From positions 148,552,001 to 148,616,000 of the forward strand of contig OX597816.1 of NCBI GenBank assembly GCA_951406725.2: 64,000 nt of DNA, written 5' to 3'. This document shows positions 14,788 to 28,341 of this stretch, in pieces (the stretch's first letter is position 1; each line of letters begins with the position of its first letter). Origin of the DNA: Octopus vulgaris. Its lineage: Eukaryota. A model generated the notes under the pieces. The model was not told the origin of the DNA. It worked only from the letters and a program-made list of their open reading frames with translations, and did not search any database. Made by a program: the position numbers and the translations under genes.

Positions 14788-16331
14788 CTTTCTATATTGA
14801 CCACATAGGGCTGAACACAGAGGGGACAAATACAAATGTAGAGCTTTTATTTTCGAAAATGAAAAAAAAGGAGAAAAATAAGAATGAAAATAAAATTCCG
14901 ATCAAAAGGGATCGGGAAAAAAACACGATCAAAAGGATCGGGAAAAAACATGATCAAGAGGGATCGTTTATCACAGAAGAGTTTTAAAATTATTTTAAAT
15001 TAAGAATAGGTTTATCCGTAGAAAGAAAAGCCTACAGAAAAGATCACAGTAACCTCAAGCAAGGAGAGAATGAACACATGAGAGCAAAGTGTTCTCACTC
15101 TTTTTTCGATTTACAGGATCATGCTCAAAGTTGTGTTTCACTCGCATGCACCATCTTTGTTACATTCACCCGCCCTTTTTTCAAACTTTCACGAGACAAA
15201 ATATGCCTCTCCATTCTCACCTTCCTTTTTAAGTGGTCCGAAATGGTTGGACACTGCGCACGAGTATATGCAGGACGGTTTCGTAGCTCTGACCGCATCT
15301 CGGGCAAGTCGGCCCGGTGTGTCTCGAACCATGCCTGTAGAGCTTATCCCGAACAGGTAATGCTTCTCGATAGCACTGCCAGGCCTGGGATCTTTGGTGA
15401 TTGCCCATAGGTCACGGCCTGAAGTTGCCTAAACAGGCGGGTCAGATGTTCTTCGTCGACGCCCAGATTCTGCCCGAGAATGTCGTCACACCTCCCCTCC
15501 ACTAATCCTCTATAGAACGCCTTTGTTGTAATGAAGTCGCACAAGTTTGGTCCCGGACGGTAGAGTTGCTTAAGAGCAACGTGACTCTCGCGGTGCATTT
15601 CGCCTAACCTCGGTTTCTGTTTGATCCACAACTGCAGTTCGACCAAGGAGACGAGCTTCGGAAAAGCGCGCCGCACAAACGGTGACTACACCTGTTCACC
15701 GTCGTCTATGAAGAGCCGGAAATGTCGCAGTCTCAGCACTTGTCTGCGCATCATCAACCACGGCATGCCTAACGCTCCATTTAGCGGGTGTTGACAGCAA
15801 ATGGATCGCCTAACCATCGAAACGCTTCCCTTTTACAAGAAGCGGAAGAGTATGCGTTCCAGTTTGGTGATGGTAGGGTGGGGACAAGGCAGGACGGTCA
15901 GACGGTACTCGATGACGGATACGATGTACGCGTTCGCCACCTCCGCCCGACCTTTCAGGTATAGCTTCCTCTTGGCCCCTTGCTTGGTGAGAGTGGCCAC
16001 CCTAGTCGTTATTTCGCCCGAGTTCTTCTCCATTTGGCATTCCGGACCGAACCAGATTCCGAGCAATTTAACAGGTCCGTCGGTCCGGCGTCTATGATGG
16101 AGACGATAGAGGCATGTGCTTGCTTCTCCAGGTGCCGAGCTGCAAGCCCACTTACTTCTCCCGGTTAATTTTTGCTCCCGTTACCGCTTCGTATTCTTTT
16201 AGTGTCTCGCCGACCAGCTCGATGTGCTTCAGGTTCGACACTATGACGGTGACGCCGTCCGCTTATGCAGACACGCTCCTCCCGCATCCCAGTTCTCGTG
16301 GGATGACCCTCAGCGACGCCAGCTTCCGCAA
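14787..16331 (-). mobile_element. 5'-truncated Tx1/L1-clade LINE inserted in (GATA)n
   Basis: SAYADGVTVIV, LLGIWFGP, LKGRAEVANAYIVSVIEYRLTVLPCP and the CPRC...HILVQCP zinc knuckle. Homologous to 24685-27214. Confidence 0.92.
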
Positions 16332-16391
16332 TAGATAGATAGATTAGATAAATAGATAGATAGATAGATAGATAGCTAGATAGATAGATAT

Positions 16392-16480
<89 letters not shown>

Positions 16481-16749
16481 TGGACGGACGTAAAGCTATA
16501 CATATATCTGTCAAATGTAAATAATGTAAATAATGTACGTAATTCCTCATCTCTTAAAATATAGAACTGTAACACACAAACATATATTACATCAAGTAAA
16601 TGCAATTGAGGCAATGGCTAAAGGGGGTCGATGGTAGAAAAAGATTGGCGACCCCAGTTCTAAAGGATAATGAAGCTATTGTAGTTATTGATTTTCCTAT
16701 ATATCGTTATCAATTTCTAACGTATGAATTCGGAACTTGCATTCTTTCC

Positions 16750-17465
16750 CCATGAACATAAGTACAACTATATGTTGTTCTAAGCGGGTTGACACATATC
16801 TTATTCCTCAATTGATAACAGGTATGAAACTGAAAGTGTATCTTGGTTAGTGTATTTACAAATTCCTTCGTAATGGTCTATAAACTTGTTTTCTTTCTCC
16901 GGCATATTTCTGACTACAATGGTGTCCAGAGCACAGCTGATTTCCACAACGGAGCCGTTTTTGTTTTAACTTGGTAGCTGTTTGAATTAAGTTCCACCAG
17001 TATTTTATTTTGAATCACCAGTCTCAATACAATCAATTTCGTCTGTTGGTATTTCTTCTTCTTAGTTTGTTCCAGATTGTTCTGACCACCTCATCATGCC
17101 TCATGGGAAAATAATATATGGAAGACAATCTGTCGAAGTTGGCAAAGATGTGGCTAATGATGACAGTCTTAGTTGTTTCACAACTTACATTCGTCGCAAG
17201 GACGTCTTAGAGATCTTTTGTTAATAAACTGCATAGCGGTAGCCTTGAAAATGAGATGTCATAAACTTATCGGTACACCGTGCCAAGCTTTCGATATGAT
17301 TTTTTTCTATGGTTTGCGTCTTTCGTACCAGGTACCCATGCACTACTTTTTATTATTCTTTTGTTCTTCTGATAATTGAATTTATCAATGCACCTAGGTA
17401 GATGTCTGCATCACCTGTTATTTCATGCCTCTCCTCTAGTTCATTGACTATCCTAATTATGCTGT
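16750..17465 (-). mobile_element. Dong/R4-clade C-terminal fragment (zinc finger and restriction-like endonuclease region), decayed
   Basis: Minus-strand fragments VHGYL, DKFMTSHFQGY, YYFPMRHDEVVRTIW, YWWN, VVEISCALD and RYTFSFIPVI resemble R4/Dong RLE motifs. Confidence 0.65.
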
Positions 17466-18535
17466 TGATTTCGTACTCAGTAACTACGGTAACATAGACA
17501 GACGGACGGGTAGACAGGGTGTGTGTGAGTGTGTGTGTGTGTATGTGTGTGTGTTTGTGTGTGTGCATGTGTGCGTGTAAATGTGTGTAAGTATAGGTAA
17601 ACGTATGTAAGTACTTACACATATTTACACACACACACACAAACACATACATATATATTTACACACACACACACACACAAACACATACATGTATTTACAC
17701 TCACACATACATACATACACACAGTCTATCCATTGGTCTGTCTGTTATACGGTTGTATATACGTATGTATATATATATGTGTGCGTGTGTGTATGTATGA
17801 ATGTACACATGGGTAGATGGGGTATTATATGTTTTTTTGGTTATTAGCTATGTCAGCATGAGGGAAAATGTATGTTAGTGTGTGAGGCAGAGGATACATA
17901 CGAGTCTGTTATGCGTATATACATATGTATATACGCATCCGTTTGATATACACTGCGTAAACATCTACATATAGGTTATCAAACATCATTTCTGACGATC
18001 TATACTTATAAATAATCTAGATGAAATCATGGTGACCATTTGTTGCTTTTTACGACTTAGCCTATACGCATTGTAGTTTCATAGTAAGTAAAGTCTACTG
18101 TTTTATTTATCTATTATATTTCTCTTGGCAAAAATTACCATAGTTTATTGGTCCGAAATCTTATTAGATGTGTTATTTTATAGCCGATTTTCTTGTCGTT
18201 TAAGGTAATTGTTTGAAAAGGTAAGAAGAAAAAAGGAATCAACATAAAAGAAACCATATAAAACTAAATTCCTTGATGTTCATGTATTATTCAAAATAAA
18301 ACAGATGAGAATGAAGCCTTTCGTTGTTACTAAATTTGTCTAGTCCAAACCAGACTAAATATTACGTGTCTATTTTGTTCGCCAATAAACTTAAATAAAT
18401 GAATACCAGTGTATTCATATATACATATGTGTGTGTGTGCGTGCGTGTGTGTGCGCGTATGTATATGTGTATCTGTGTGTATATATCGATAGAGGCGTAT
18501 ATATACATACACCCTCATGCACACACACGTACACT

Positions 18536-18609
<74 letters not shown>

Positions 18610-19449
18610 CATGCACACATGCATGTATGTATGTACGTATGTAAGCATCTCAGTATACGGTGTGTGTGAGAGAGAGAGAGAAAAGGAGGACTGAATACAT
18701 ATGATCACACTCATTAAGAACAATCTTAAATACACTTTCACAGATAGACCATTTTTTCTAATCAACCACCTTCAGTACTTTAGCTATGCAAATCGTACAT
18801 TTCCATAGCGCATTAATCGAAAGAATTGGCTTCCATTTTTAATAATGTAAGTGAAATAGTCAATGGTGTCTTTTTGGGGATCTTATTCAAACAGCAATCA
18901 GAATCTATTTCCATCCTCTCTTGTCTTGTTCATTACATAGAGTTCCATTTATTCAACACTTATAAAATATTCAGTCTACCGGAAATTGTGTAGAGGTGCC
19001 ACCATTTCTAGCTGCCGGAGGACATGAATTTTGCAGAGCAAATCTGTTCCAAGAAGTTCTATTATTTCGAATAAATATACTCACAGTAGCTTAATGCGCT
19101 TCGTCAGTTATAGATAAATAGCGTGATACGGTTTACCTTGGTGAATGATAGAAAAATATAGAAAATCAACAAATGTTTCGTAAGCCGCTAAATCACTCCA
19201 GTAATAAGTTCCGCTCATTATTGGATGAATTTCGTTCAAAAGAGGAATAACGGAACTCTCAGTGGAAAGATTTTCCAAGCCAACTCTCGATAATCAAAAA
19301 ACAAAGATGGTTTTATATCCATGTTCATTATGTCACTTGACTTGTTATTTTAGACATGCCGAACATGAAAGTGGAGAACAAAAACATTTTTTGGTTCATT
19401 TTATAGTTTGTTGACTTTTTCTCGTGTGCCCCTATTTTATTTATAAATA

Positions 19450-21830
19450 TATAGAGTGAGTTCTATTCGGCTATAATATTCTTTAGTGACTCGTGTTTTG
19501 TTACATGTGCCATTGGAAGATATATTTTCATCCACCCCTAGATATTTGTAACATCCCTCGTCATATACAGGCGAAACAGTCAAGTCATTGATGCAGATGT
19601 TACTAGCCTGGTTTACACTTTTCCCCCTTTTCACAACCATATAACAAAATTTATCCTGACCAAACTCCAACCTTACATCCATTGGGAGTGTTGTAACTAG
19701 GTCAAGGCACTTTTTCATCTCATGCATATTCTTTGCATAAAGTTTTAAGTCATCCACAAAGAAACAGTGTGTAGTTTTGTTATTCCTGTTTCCTGTGAAC
19801 CAGTGAGATATCCTTCAGAATTCCTTAACATGAATAATAAGGGGTTTACAGAAAGTATAAATAACATCATAGACCAGCTGTCCCTTTGGACTATGCCTTT
19901 GCGATACTATATTCTATCAGTAATAATACAGTCACTCTTTGTGTTTGATTTTAAGATGGCGACCCACGATGAAGTCAAGTCAGCTATGGCTTTGACTATT
20001 CCCACTCGAACTTTAGCAAGTTGAAGGGCTTCTAGCATCCATGAGTTGGAAATAGAGTCAAAGGTCTTCTTGTGGTCTAGCCACATTGAAACAAGGTTCC
20101 TTCTGTGCTCTCGCAACTCTAACACCACAGTTTTGTTGATTAACAATTGCTCGGTACATCCTCAGACTCCGTTCTTCCCAACTGCTTGTTCAGTGTTGAT
20201 GATGTTATTGATTTCACAATGGTCCTGGAGGAAGAGGCTTAAGCATGTTTTATATATCTTATACATTAAGTTCTGACATGCAATTGGCCGGTATTTTTAT
20301 TTTTTCCATGCGGGTGGTTCTGCATTTGGGGATCAATTTTGTCTCTGCCAGAGCTAACCAGTGTGGTATGTTACTGTTCCCATTTACAGCTTGCTGGTAC
20401 AGACTGATAAGATATGGTCAGTAGAAGGTTAGCTTCTTGTATCAATATCCATCAATCAAGTCTTTTTCAGATGCTTTTCCATCCTGGAGTTTCTACATCA
20501 CAGTTGCAAGAGTATCACCATCAACGCTGTATGACTTGGGTGTAACGCAGGAGCAATAACTTCTTTGGATTTTTTTCAGCCACAGAGCATCTTGGTTAAA
20601 CTCCTTCTCTTCGCTCCAGATTTTCCTCCAGAAGGAGTCTGTGTCTTCTCGTGAAGGAGCTTCTGTGATGTTCACTGCTCTTCCTCTCATGTCTCTGCAT
20701 ACTACTGCCTGGTTCCGGTTATTTTTTTATTATTTATTGTTCTTCTCTCGGTTATTCTCTTCTGAGGTCGGAGTTTCTCACTGAGAACATTTAGCTCCTG
20801 CTTGAGGGTAATCAGTTTGCAAGTGAGTGTCCTTTTTTGCTTGTCTCCAAACATCATTTCTATCTCCTTCTTTACTTTCAGTTGGTGAGACGTATAGTAA
20901 ATTGCTTGTTTGCATGCAATAGGCATCATCACATAGCTGATGGTCGTTCGTAAACTAGTTATTTTTTTCTCTGTCTTCAAAACCCATAATGGTAGTTTCT
21001 TTGTTGCTTCGGTTTTGTTCCCTTTTTGAATGTCATTCATGTACTGCTTTGCAGTAGTAGCCAGAGCATGCAGACAAGCTTTAATATGCCAGAATGTGGA
21101 TTCATCACACTGCTGTAAATACTCACCACCAATTTCCTTAACAGCTTTTAATACCGTGTCTGGTCACTTTTTACTTACTTTGGTAGAGAATATTCTCTCC
21201 TCGAGAGAGTACTTCAAAGCCAAAATTATTTTTCGTCAGAAAATTTCAGTAAGGGCACATTTCAGCAGTATATAATCCTAACAACAACTACTACTACAAT
21301 AATCATAGCAGTTGTGCCTGCTATTTACCATAGTCGTAGTAGGGAGACAGTGGTCAGTTACTTTAGCCAGTAATGTAGCTTGGTTGGCAGGCACTACGGA
21401 ATCTGTTGGAATGTGGTGGTCTCACGTCATTCAAGTTTTCGTTTTTGTTTATAGAGTTAGGAATAAGGTTAATTTTCGATTTTTTAATAAAGTTACAGTT
21501 ACTAACCTTGTTCCTATATTCTACAAATGTTGCTCGTTGGCGTAGTAAAATGATTTAATTCTGGATGCAGATTTTTCCCAATATGATTTCAATCGATTCA
21601 TATATACAACAGCGGGGTTTGTTTCGCTTTTCTTGTGTCAATTAAATAGATCGATATTTCAATTCATAACTCCAAGAGAAATAAGTTTTATACTTACGGT
21701 TTCTTCTATAACTACATCTAGAAATAATTGATTACTTGTTGAGCTGTTGTCTTCGTTTTCTTTCTGTTCCTCGGTTGTGTTGCTATTGATGTAGTGTCCA
21801 GCCATGTTTTTGTAGTGACTCTCTGCATGC
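19450..21830 (-). mobile_element. Dong/R4-clade non-LTR retrotransposon, N-terminal and RT region, decayed
   Basis: FWRKIWS, GCTEQLLINKTV, MWLDHKKTFDSISNSWMLEAL, FFVDDLKLYAK, LEFGQDK, YKYLGVDEN. Confidence 0.85.
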
Positions 21831-22030
21831 TAAATTCAAGTTTCAGTCGACAATCACAACGATCGTGAATAAAAGGCTCCCTCAGTTAATTCATCTGAAG
21901 ATTAACCGGTTATTTAACAAGGCTGATATTTGTGGCTCCAAAGTATTCATCGTATTTTCGATAAATAGTCTCCTGCGCCAAATACGCAGCTTGTCGATTC
22001 GGGTTCGTCTGTATGTATGTATGTATGTAC

Positions 22031-22108
<78 letters not shown>

Positions 22109-22167
22109 TTATGTCATTACATATGTATATTGTCACTATTCACAATAGGAGAAATTAATGTCAACAC

Positions 22168-22248
<81 letters not shown>

Positions 22249-22955
22249 CAATAGTTAGAATTTTTTAGTGTTTCCAGTTTTAATATTCCTATCAAAATAA
22301 CCCATGAAAGTAGCAGTAGATTCGCTGTGTTTCATAATGTTTAATATTTTGTATTAAACTATAATTCCTCTTTTGTTCAAAATGGCTTCAATTTTCCCTT
22401 GCGAGTTATCGTAAATGCAAAATTCTAATGAATTACTTAGCTTACATCCATGTATATATTTATCACTTACTTTATGATTTATTACATAACACTACTATTT
22501 TCTGACATATACGACTACATAATACATGTAGGAATATTATGAAACTTTTATGTTATCCGATTTTTATGAAAGTTTCGATGTAGTTTCATTTTATTTTTAT
22601 TTTTAATCTGAAATATATTTATATTTATGTGTGTGCACATGTGTGTGTATTTATCTGCGTGTGTGTTTGAATAAGTGCTTCTGTGGCTTTCTATGTGTGT
22701 AGAAAGAATGGTATTATCAAACATGCTGGTTTTTGTTTGAGATATGCTTCATGAAAAAAGAAAAACAAAATGAAATCGTTGCGTTTCTAAATATTTTATT
22801 TACTTCGTATTCCTGTAATGTCTTAACAGTTAATGTAAATTTGGGGTTTAACTTTTCTAAGTAAATGCGCTTGTTACTTTAGCAGTGTGAATATGCATGC
22901 GTGTACATTTATGTATTCATAAACATGCATACATAAACACACACACACACACACA

Positions 22956-23039
<84 letters not shown>

Positions 23040-23660
23040 TGCATACATATATATGTATATAGGTATACATATACATACAGACACAAACAAGCAAACACAT
23101 ACACACATATATATGCACGCGTGTGTATGTATGTGTGTGTATCTGCAATGCAGATATTTTTTTATTTTTGTTTTTCATTCTTTTGTTTTTTCATATAAAA
23201 TAACAATAATTTTATTTAATGTGATCTTCCGAATTCAAAATTCCTTGTCAAACAGAAATGGTTACTTGTAACAAATATGGAAACGTTTTGGATTATTATG
23301 GATGGAAAAAAACAGAAACCAAGGTAATAGTTCAATTCTTGGACTGGGTGAGGCGTTGTGTCTTTGAGCAGGACATTTTGTTTTACATTGTTTCAATCTA
23401 CACTGCTACAGTGAGTACTAATCAGATGCGGGTGCAGACCTTTCTGTTTCTTCTAGCCGCCGTATCCTGGATGTTCCGCTGAGTCAAAAGTGGAAGGGGT
23501 CTCCAAAATACCATCTTTGTCTCCAAAGGCAATTAACAAGAGCTTGGTATATATTTCCAGAATACTATTCGTTATGCACTCGCGAATAAAAGACGGTTGT
23601 TCCTTACTATACGAGGTTAGGCTCAGGATGTCATATACTGTATTTTTTTATGTAGACATA

Positions 23661-23877
23661 GGAGTGGGGGCTGAAAAGTTCCTGGCTTTAAGGGTATCGC
23701 GAAAGGCCTTTTTAGAGACCCAATCATCCGAGTTCTTTTACAGGGCTTAGAAAAACTGAAGGACCACTGCAATAAGTGTGTGAATCTGAGAGGGGAATAT
23801 GTTGAATAAAATCATAATTAAGTGATCCTCCCGTATTTTCTTTTATCCAAAGCCAAAATCTCTTCAACACCCCATCG
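23661..23877 (+). mobile_element. Internally deleted mariner (MITE-like)
   Basis: Degenerate TIRs (ggggctgaaaagttcctggcttt / aaagccaaaatctcttcaacacccc) flank the transposase C-terminus EFFLQGLEKLKDHCNKCVNLRGEYVE*. Confidence 0.8.
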
Positions 23878-24069
23878 TTTTTGCTAAGGATTTTGAACGA
23901 ATGTTGTTGACTTTAGTTGCGTTTTTTTTCTTCCTTTTTATCCATTATAAACTCAGATGATGGTTTAATTCATGGCAGATGTTCGCAGTAAGTAGTAACA
24001 CTGAACTCGGAACTCCTTTGTGGTGGTAATCGATGAAATTTACTTCAGTATGTCAGAAAGATAAAATAA

Positions 24070-24300
24070 GGCGGCGAGCTGGCAGAAACGTTAGCACGCC
24101 GGGCGAAATGCGTAACCATATTTCGTCTACCGTTACGTTCTGAGTTCAAATTCCGCTGAGGTCGACTTTGCTTTTCATCCTTTCGGGGTCGATAAATTAA
24201 GTACTAGTTACGCACTGGGGTCGATATAATCGACTTAATCCGTTTGTCTGTCCTTGTTTGTCCCCTCTGTGTTTAGCCCCTTGTCGGTAGTAAAGAAATA
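24070..24300 (+). mobile_element. tRNA-derived SINE, family A, full length, with Tx1-like tail
   Basis: Pol III-type head (gagttcaaattcc B-box), central gactttgcttttcatcctttcggggtcgataaattaagtac module and tail tttgtcccctctgtgtttagcccc...taaagaaata. Partial TSD gaaagat. Confidence 0.9.
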
Positions 24301-24684
24301 GAAAGATGAAAGACGTTGTAACTTTAGGAAGAATTACAGAAAATGATGAGTTTTGTTGTTGTCGTTGTTGTTGTTAGTGTTTGTACTCTTATTCCACTAG
24401 ATTAAAATTTGATGTTCATCTCAATATGGTCCACAAATTAAGTTCCAGTAATGCATTCAGTTCAGTAAGTTTTCCAGCAACAAAAGCTCTCATTCGTTTC
24501 TATAACTGAAAAATGTCTTACGCGTAACGAAATCAGTGAAGGCTTCTTTTTGTCTCAACATATTTTAAAGGAAGGAAGACTAGGATTTTGTGACGTTCTT
24601 ATCTTTCCTGATTGAATAAGTAGGGCAAGAGTAGTTTAATTCATTTCAACGATAAACTGAAACCATATCACAGCCTTGCTGTGC

Positions 24685-27214
24685 TGGTAACAACTCAACC
24701 ATTCGATCCTTGACGGACCCAAATGGTCGATTAGTAAACGAACCCGAGGAAATGTGCAAGGTGTTTCACGATCATTTCGCCCAGCTATTCGGGAGGAGCG
24801 GCGGACTGGAGCGCGGGGAGGAGCGGCGGACTGGAGCGCGGGGAGAAGCTCGCAGAATTCCTAGCCGGTTCGCCGCGTCTATCGAGGCTGGACGCGGAAT
24901 CTTGTGAGGCGCCGATCACATCCGAAGAAGTCGAGGATATGTTGGCAGACTGCGGCGGGGACAAATCGCCGGGACTCGATGGTCTGCCTTACGAACTCTA
25001 TAGTAGCATGCCAGACTTGTTTGGGCACCTACTTGCATGCGTGTACACCAACTGGCAGTAGAACGGGAGAATTCCTAAGTCTGTGAGCCGAGGGGTGGTA
25101 GCGCTGTTAAGAAAGGACCCAAACAAGGGGGATTTAATTGGTAATTTTCGGCCCATCACTCTGCTTAACGCAGAGTTGAAGATTTTGGCCAAGGTCTTGG
25201 CAAAAAGGTTGGCGCGGGTCGTGGGTGAACTTGTTGGCGAGGCGCAAACTTGCGCCATCCCTGGAAGGACCATCCACGACAATCTCCACTTTCTACGCTA
25301 TGCCTTAGAAAGGGTAAATAGGATTCCTGGCAAGGGTGGGGCTATGGTCCACTTGGACCAATCGAAAGCGTTTGATAGGGTGGACCATCAGTATCTGGCG
25401 GCAGTCCTCGCGGCGGCTGGCTTCGGCCCGACCTTCCGCGGATGGATCAACGCTTTATACAGCAACATCGAATCGGTAGCTCAGGTAAACGGTTTCTTTT
25501 CGAAGCCGTTCAGCATTGAACGTTCGGTACCTCAAGGGTGTCCTCTCTCTCTGCTTCTCTACGTTTTGGCCCTCGAGCCGTTGCTGAGGAGGTTGGAAAC
25601 TATGAGATGCACTCCGCAAGATCTAGGATGCGGAAAGTCAGCGTCGGCGTATGCGGACGACATCACCGTCATCGTTTCCCGAGTCGAGCACCTACAGTGG
25701 GTGGGTGAGGCCTTAAGGAACTATGACGCGGTGACAGGAGCGAAAGTCAACCGGAATAAATCGGTCGGCTTGCAACTCGGCACCTGGAGGGGCAAGTCGA
25801 TGTCTTCCGACAGCGTCGTAGGGCGTTGGACGGAAGAACCGGTAAAAATGCTTGGAATCTGGTTAGGTCCAGATCTCCAGATAGAGAAGAACTGGAGCGA
25901 GGTGGCGAGAAAGGTGGCTCTCCTAACTTAGACATGGTCTGAACGGAAGCTGTCCTTGAAAGGGAGGGCGGTGGTTGCAGAGGTGTTTATCGCCTCTGTA
26001 ATCACTTACCGCCTGACCGTCGTGCCTTGCCCCGATTCGTGGCTGAACAAACTGGAACGCATGCTCTTTCGCTTTTTGTAGAGGAGCAGCAGACCTCTTG
26101 TAAGACGCTCTATTTGCTGCCAAAAGCCGCTGAAGGGTGGGTTAGGGATGCCGTGACTAAAAATGCGCAGACATGCGCTCAGGCTTAGGCACCTCTGGCT
26201 TTACTTGGACGGTGAGCAGGTGTGGTCTCCGTTCGTCAAGCTGTTATTTCCACAGTTCACATCGTTTAACGAACTGAACCCATGGATCAAGTGTAGACCG
26301 AAGTTGGGCATGTGGCATGCAGAGTGCCATCAGGCACTCGTGCTTCTCTCCCAGTCGGGCAACGCCGGTGGCGGGGGTACTACCTCGTTCTTCTATAGAG
26401 GGTTAGTAGAGTTTAAGTGTGACGACGTCCTGGGAGAAACCCTGGGCTTCGAAAAAAATCAACTGGCCAGCCTGTTCCAAAGAACATTCGGTCCGGGGCC
26501 TATGGATAATTACCAAAAGTCCCTGTCCTGGCAATGTTACAGAGGAGCTTTACCGGTTCGAGATAAGTTCTTTAGACATGGGTGTGAACCTACACCGGTT
26601 TGTGCAAGATGTGAGAGGGACAGTGAAACTGTCCTGCACGCGATTGTGCAATGCCCCAAGGTGACTGAACTCTGGGTTTATGTCGAACACCTGCTGTCGC
26701 AAGAGTACAATTGTCGAGCGAATCTGTAATTAAGATAGTTCCGCCGACCTCCCTGAATAGGGAGGAGCGAGCCTGTTTTCTCTCGGTAGTTGCTATGGCG
26801 AAAGAAGTAGTGTGGAAGACGAGAGTAAAAGGAATTGCAACAGGCATGTTTATCTCCAGTCTCGAGCTAATCGACATTTTCGTTTTCCACATGAAACGGA
26901 AAATAAGGCTGGAGAAGAAATGCCTGTCGCAAAGTGTGTTTCGTAAAAGATGGGAGTCTATAGCAAGTACGTTGCGAGTGAAAGAACCTGTTTAATCGAG
27001 AATGCGAAAAAGGAGAAAGCAAAGTCTTCAGTGTGAGTATGTGGTTTGTGGGGTCAACGGCGTCCTCCGCTTCCTTTTTTGTTATTCACCCATTCTCATT
27101 TAATTGTATATATTTCAATTGTTTGTTTATTCATACGTTTCGTCTCATTCGATACCCTGACCCCAACGTTTGTTTTGTCCCCTCTTTTTCTCAACCTTAT
27201 GATGAATAAAGAAA
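24685..27214 (+). mobile_element. 5'-truncated Tx1/L1-clade LINE (RT, zinc knuckle, 3' UTR), pseudogenised, ending in (TC)n
   Basis: KSPGLDGLPYELY, NFRPITLLNAELKILAK, LDQSKAFDRVDH, SVPQGCPLS, SAYADDITV, CARC...HAIVQC. In-frame stops and a 25-bp duplication at 24791-24840. aataaagaaa precedes the TC repeat. Confidence 0.95.
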
Positions 27215-27882
27215 TCTCTCTCTCTCTCTCTTTCTCTTTCTTTTTCTCTCCACTAATTAATTAACTAAACACTTTTGTACTTAATATTCAAATCCTACTT
27301 GATATCTATAAATTACATTAAGCTACTGATGTTAATTCAGTTGATTAAACCCGCTGTTTCTGCATAAATCGTTATTGTACTTAATATTGGGATAAGCATG
27401 AACTTCACAACTCGCCATTTTGTTCTCTTTAAACTCGGACACGTAGTTAAATAGAAGCAGAAAAACAGTTTCTCTCATAAAAATATAACTTTCTTACTGT
27501 TATATTCGATGAAACAAGTAGAAAAAAATGAAAGAAACGACAACATAAAACAAATAATACAAAATACAAAAGAAAATAGCATAACAAACTAAAAAAAATG
27601 TTGAAGCGGTTAAAAAATGGCGAATTGAAGTCTGACACTAAAGGCTATCAGGTCTGCCAGGTTCCTGCAGCTAATGTTGTCTGACTGAAGTACATTAACA
27701 AATCATCAGTTGGTATTACAAAAAAAAAGTAGCTGAATTTATTTCGTTTGTTCAGAGGAAAAAAAAAGAATTTATTTTTTTCTTTCACTGTTCTATAAAA
27801 CTTACATACGCACATACATACGCGCATATATACATATACAGATACATACATGCATACACACATGCATACACACATACATACA

Positions 27883-27916
<34 letters not shown>

Positions 27917-27967
27917 CATACATACATACATACATACATACATACATACACACATACATATATTTCC

Positions 27968-28325
27968 ACGAGGTATTATCAAAAAATAGTTCCGGGATTG
28001 CGTGTGTTGGTTGTTCAACAGGAATGTGTACGCAGCTGCTGATCATTTGCAACCACCAGCAAATACATTTCATGGTATCTACTCGCGTTCACATATTACT
28101 GGAAGCTTTTTAACGTATTAAAACGCCCTACGGTCTTTTCAAATAATTGACAAATTCTAGCCAATATCTGACTTAAATTTTGCATCAAGCTCGACACATC
28201 CGCAACCGTGACCTTCGAAATATTTTATCAGAGCCTTGGTCATCTTGTTATTGTTGAATGCAGGTTTTTCAGTGATAGGACCACTTTAAAGATAGGTGGA
28301 GTGTCGATTCAGAGGAGTGATAAAC
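27968..28325 (+). mobile_element. Mariner 5' remnant (TIR and N-terminal HTH)
   Basis: cgaggtattatcaaaaaatagttccggga TIR-like start. LKFCIKLDTSATVTFE...QVFQ..DHFK resembles a mariner N-terminus. Confidence 0.6.
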
Positions 28326-28341
28326 ATTTAGAGTGACAATA

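Noticed and set aside
14895-14970. Three short repeats cgatcaaaagggatcg with A-rich spacers, superficially CRISPR-like
   Set aside because: Lies within the Tx1 3' UTR; spacers are non-unique poly-A; eukaryotic context with no cas genes.
18850-19400. Possible Tc1-like transposase relic on the minus strand (YYWSDLA)
   Set aside because: Only one weak motif; no TIRs seen.
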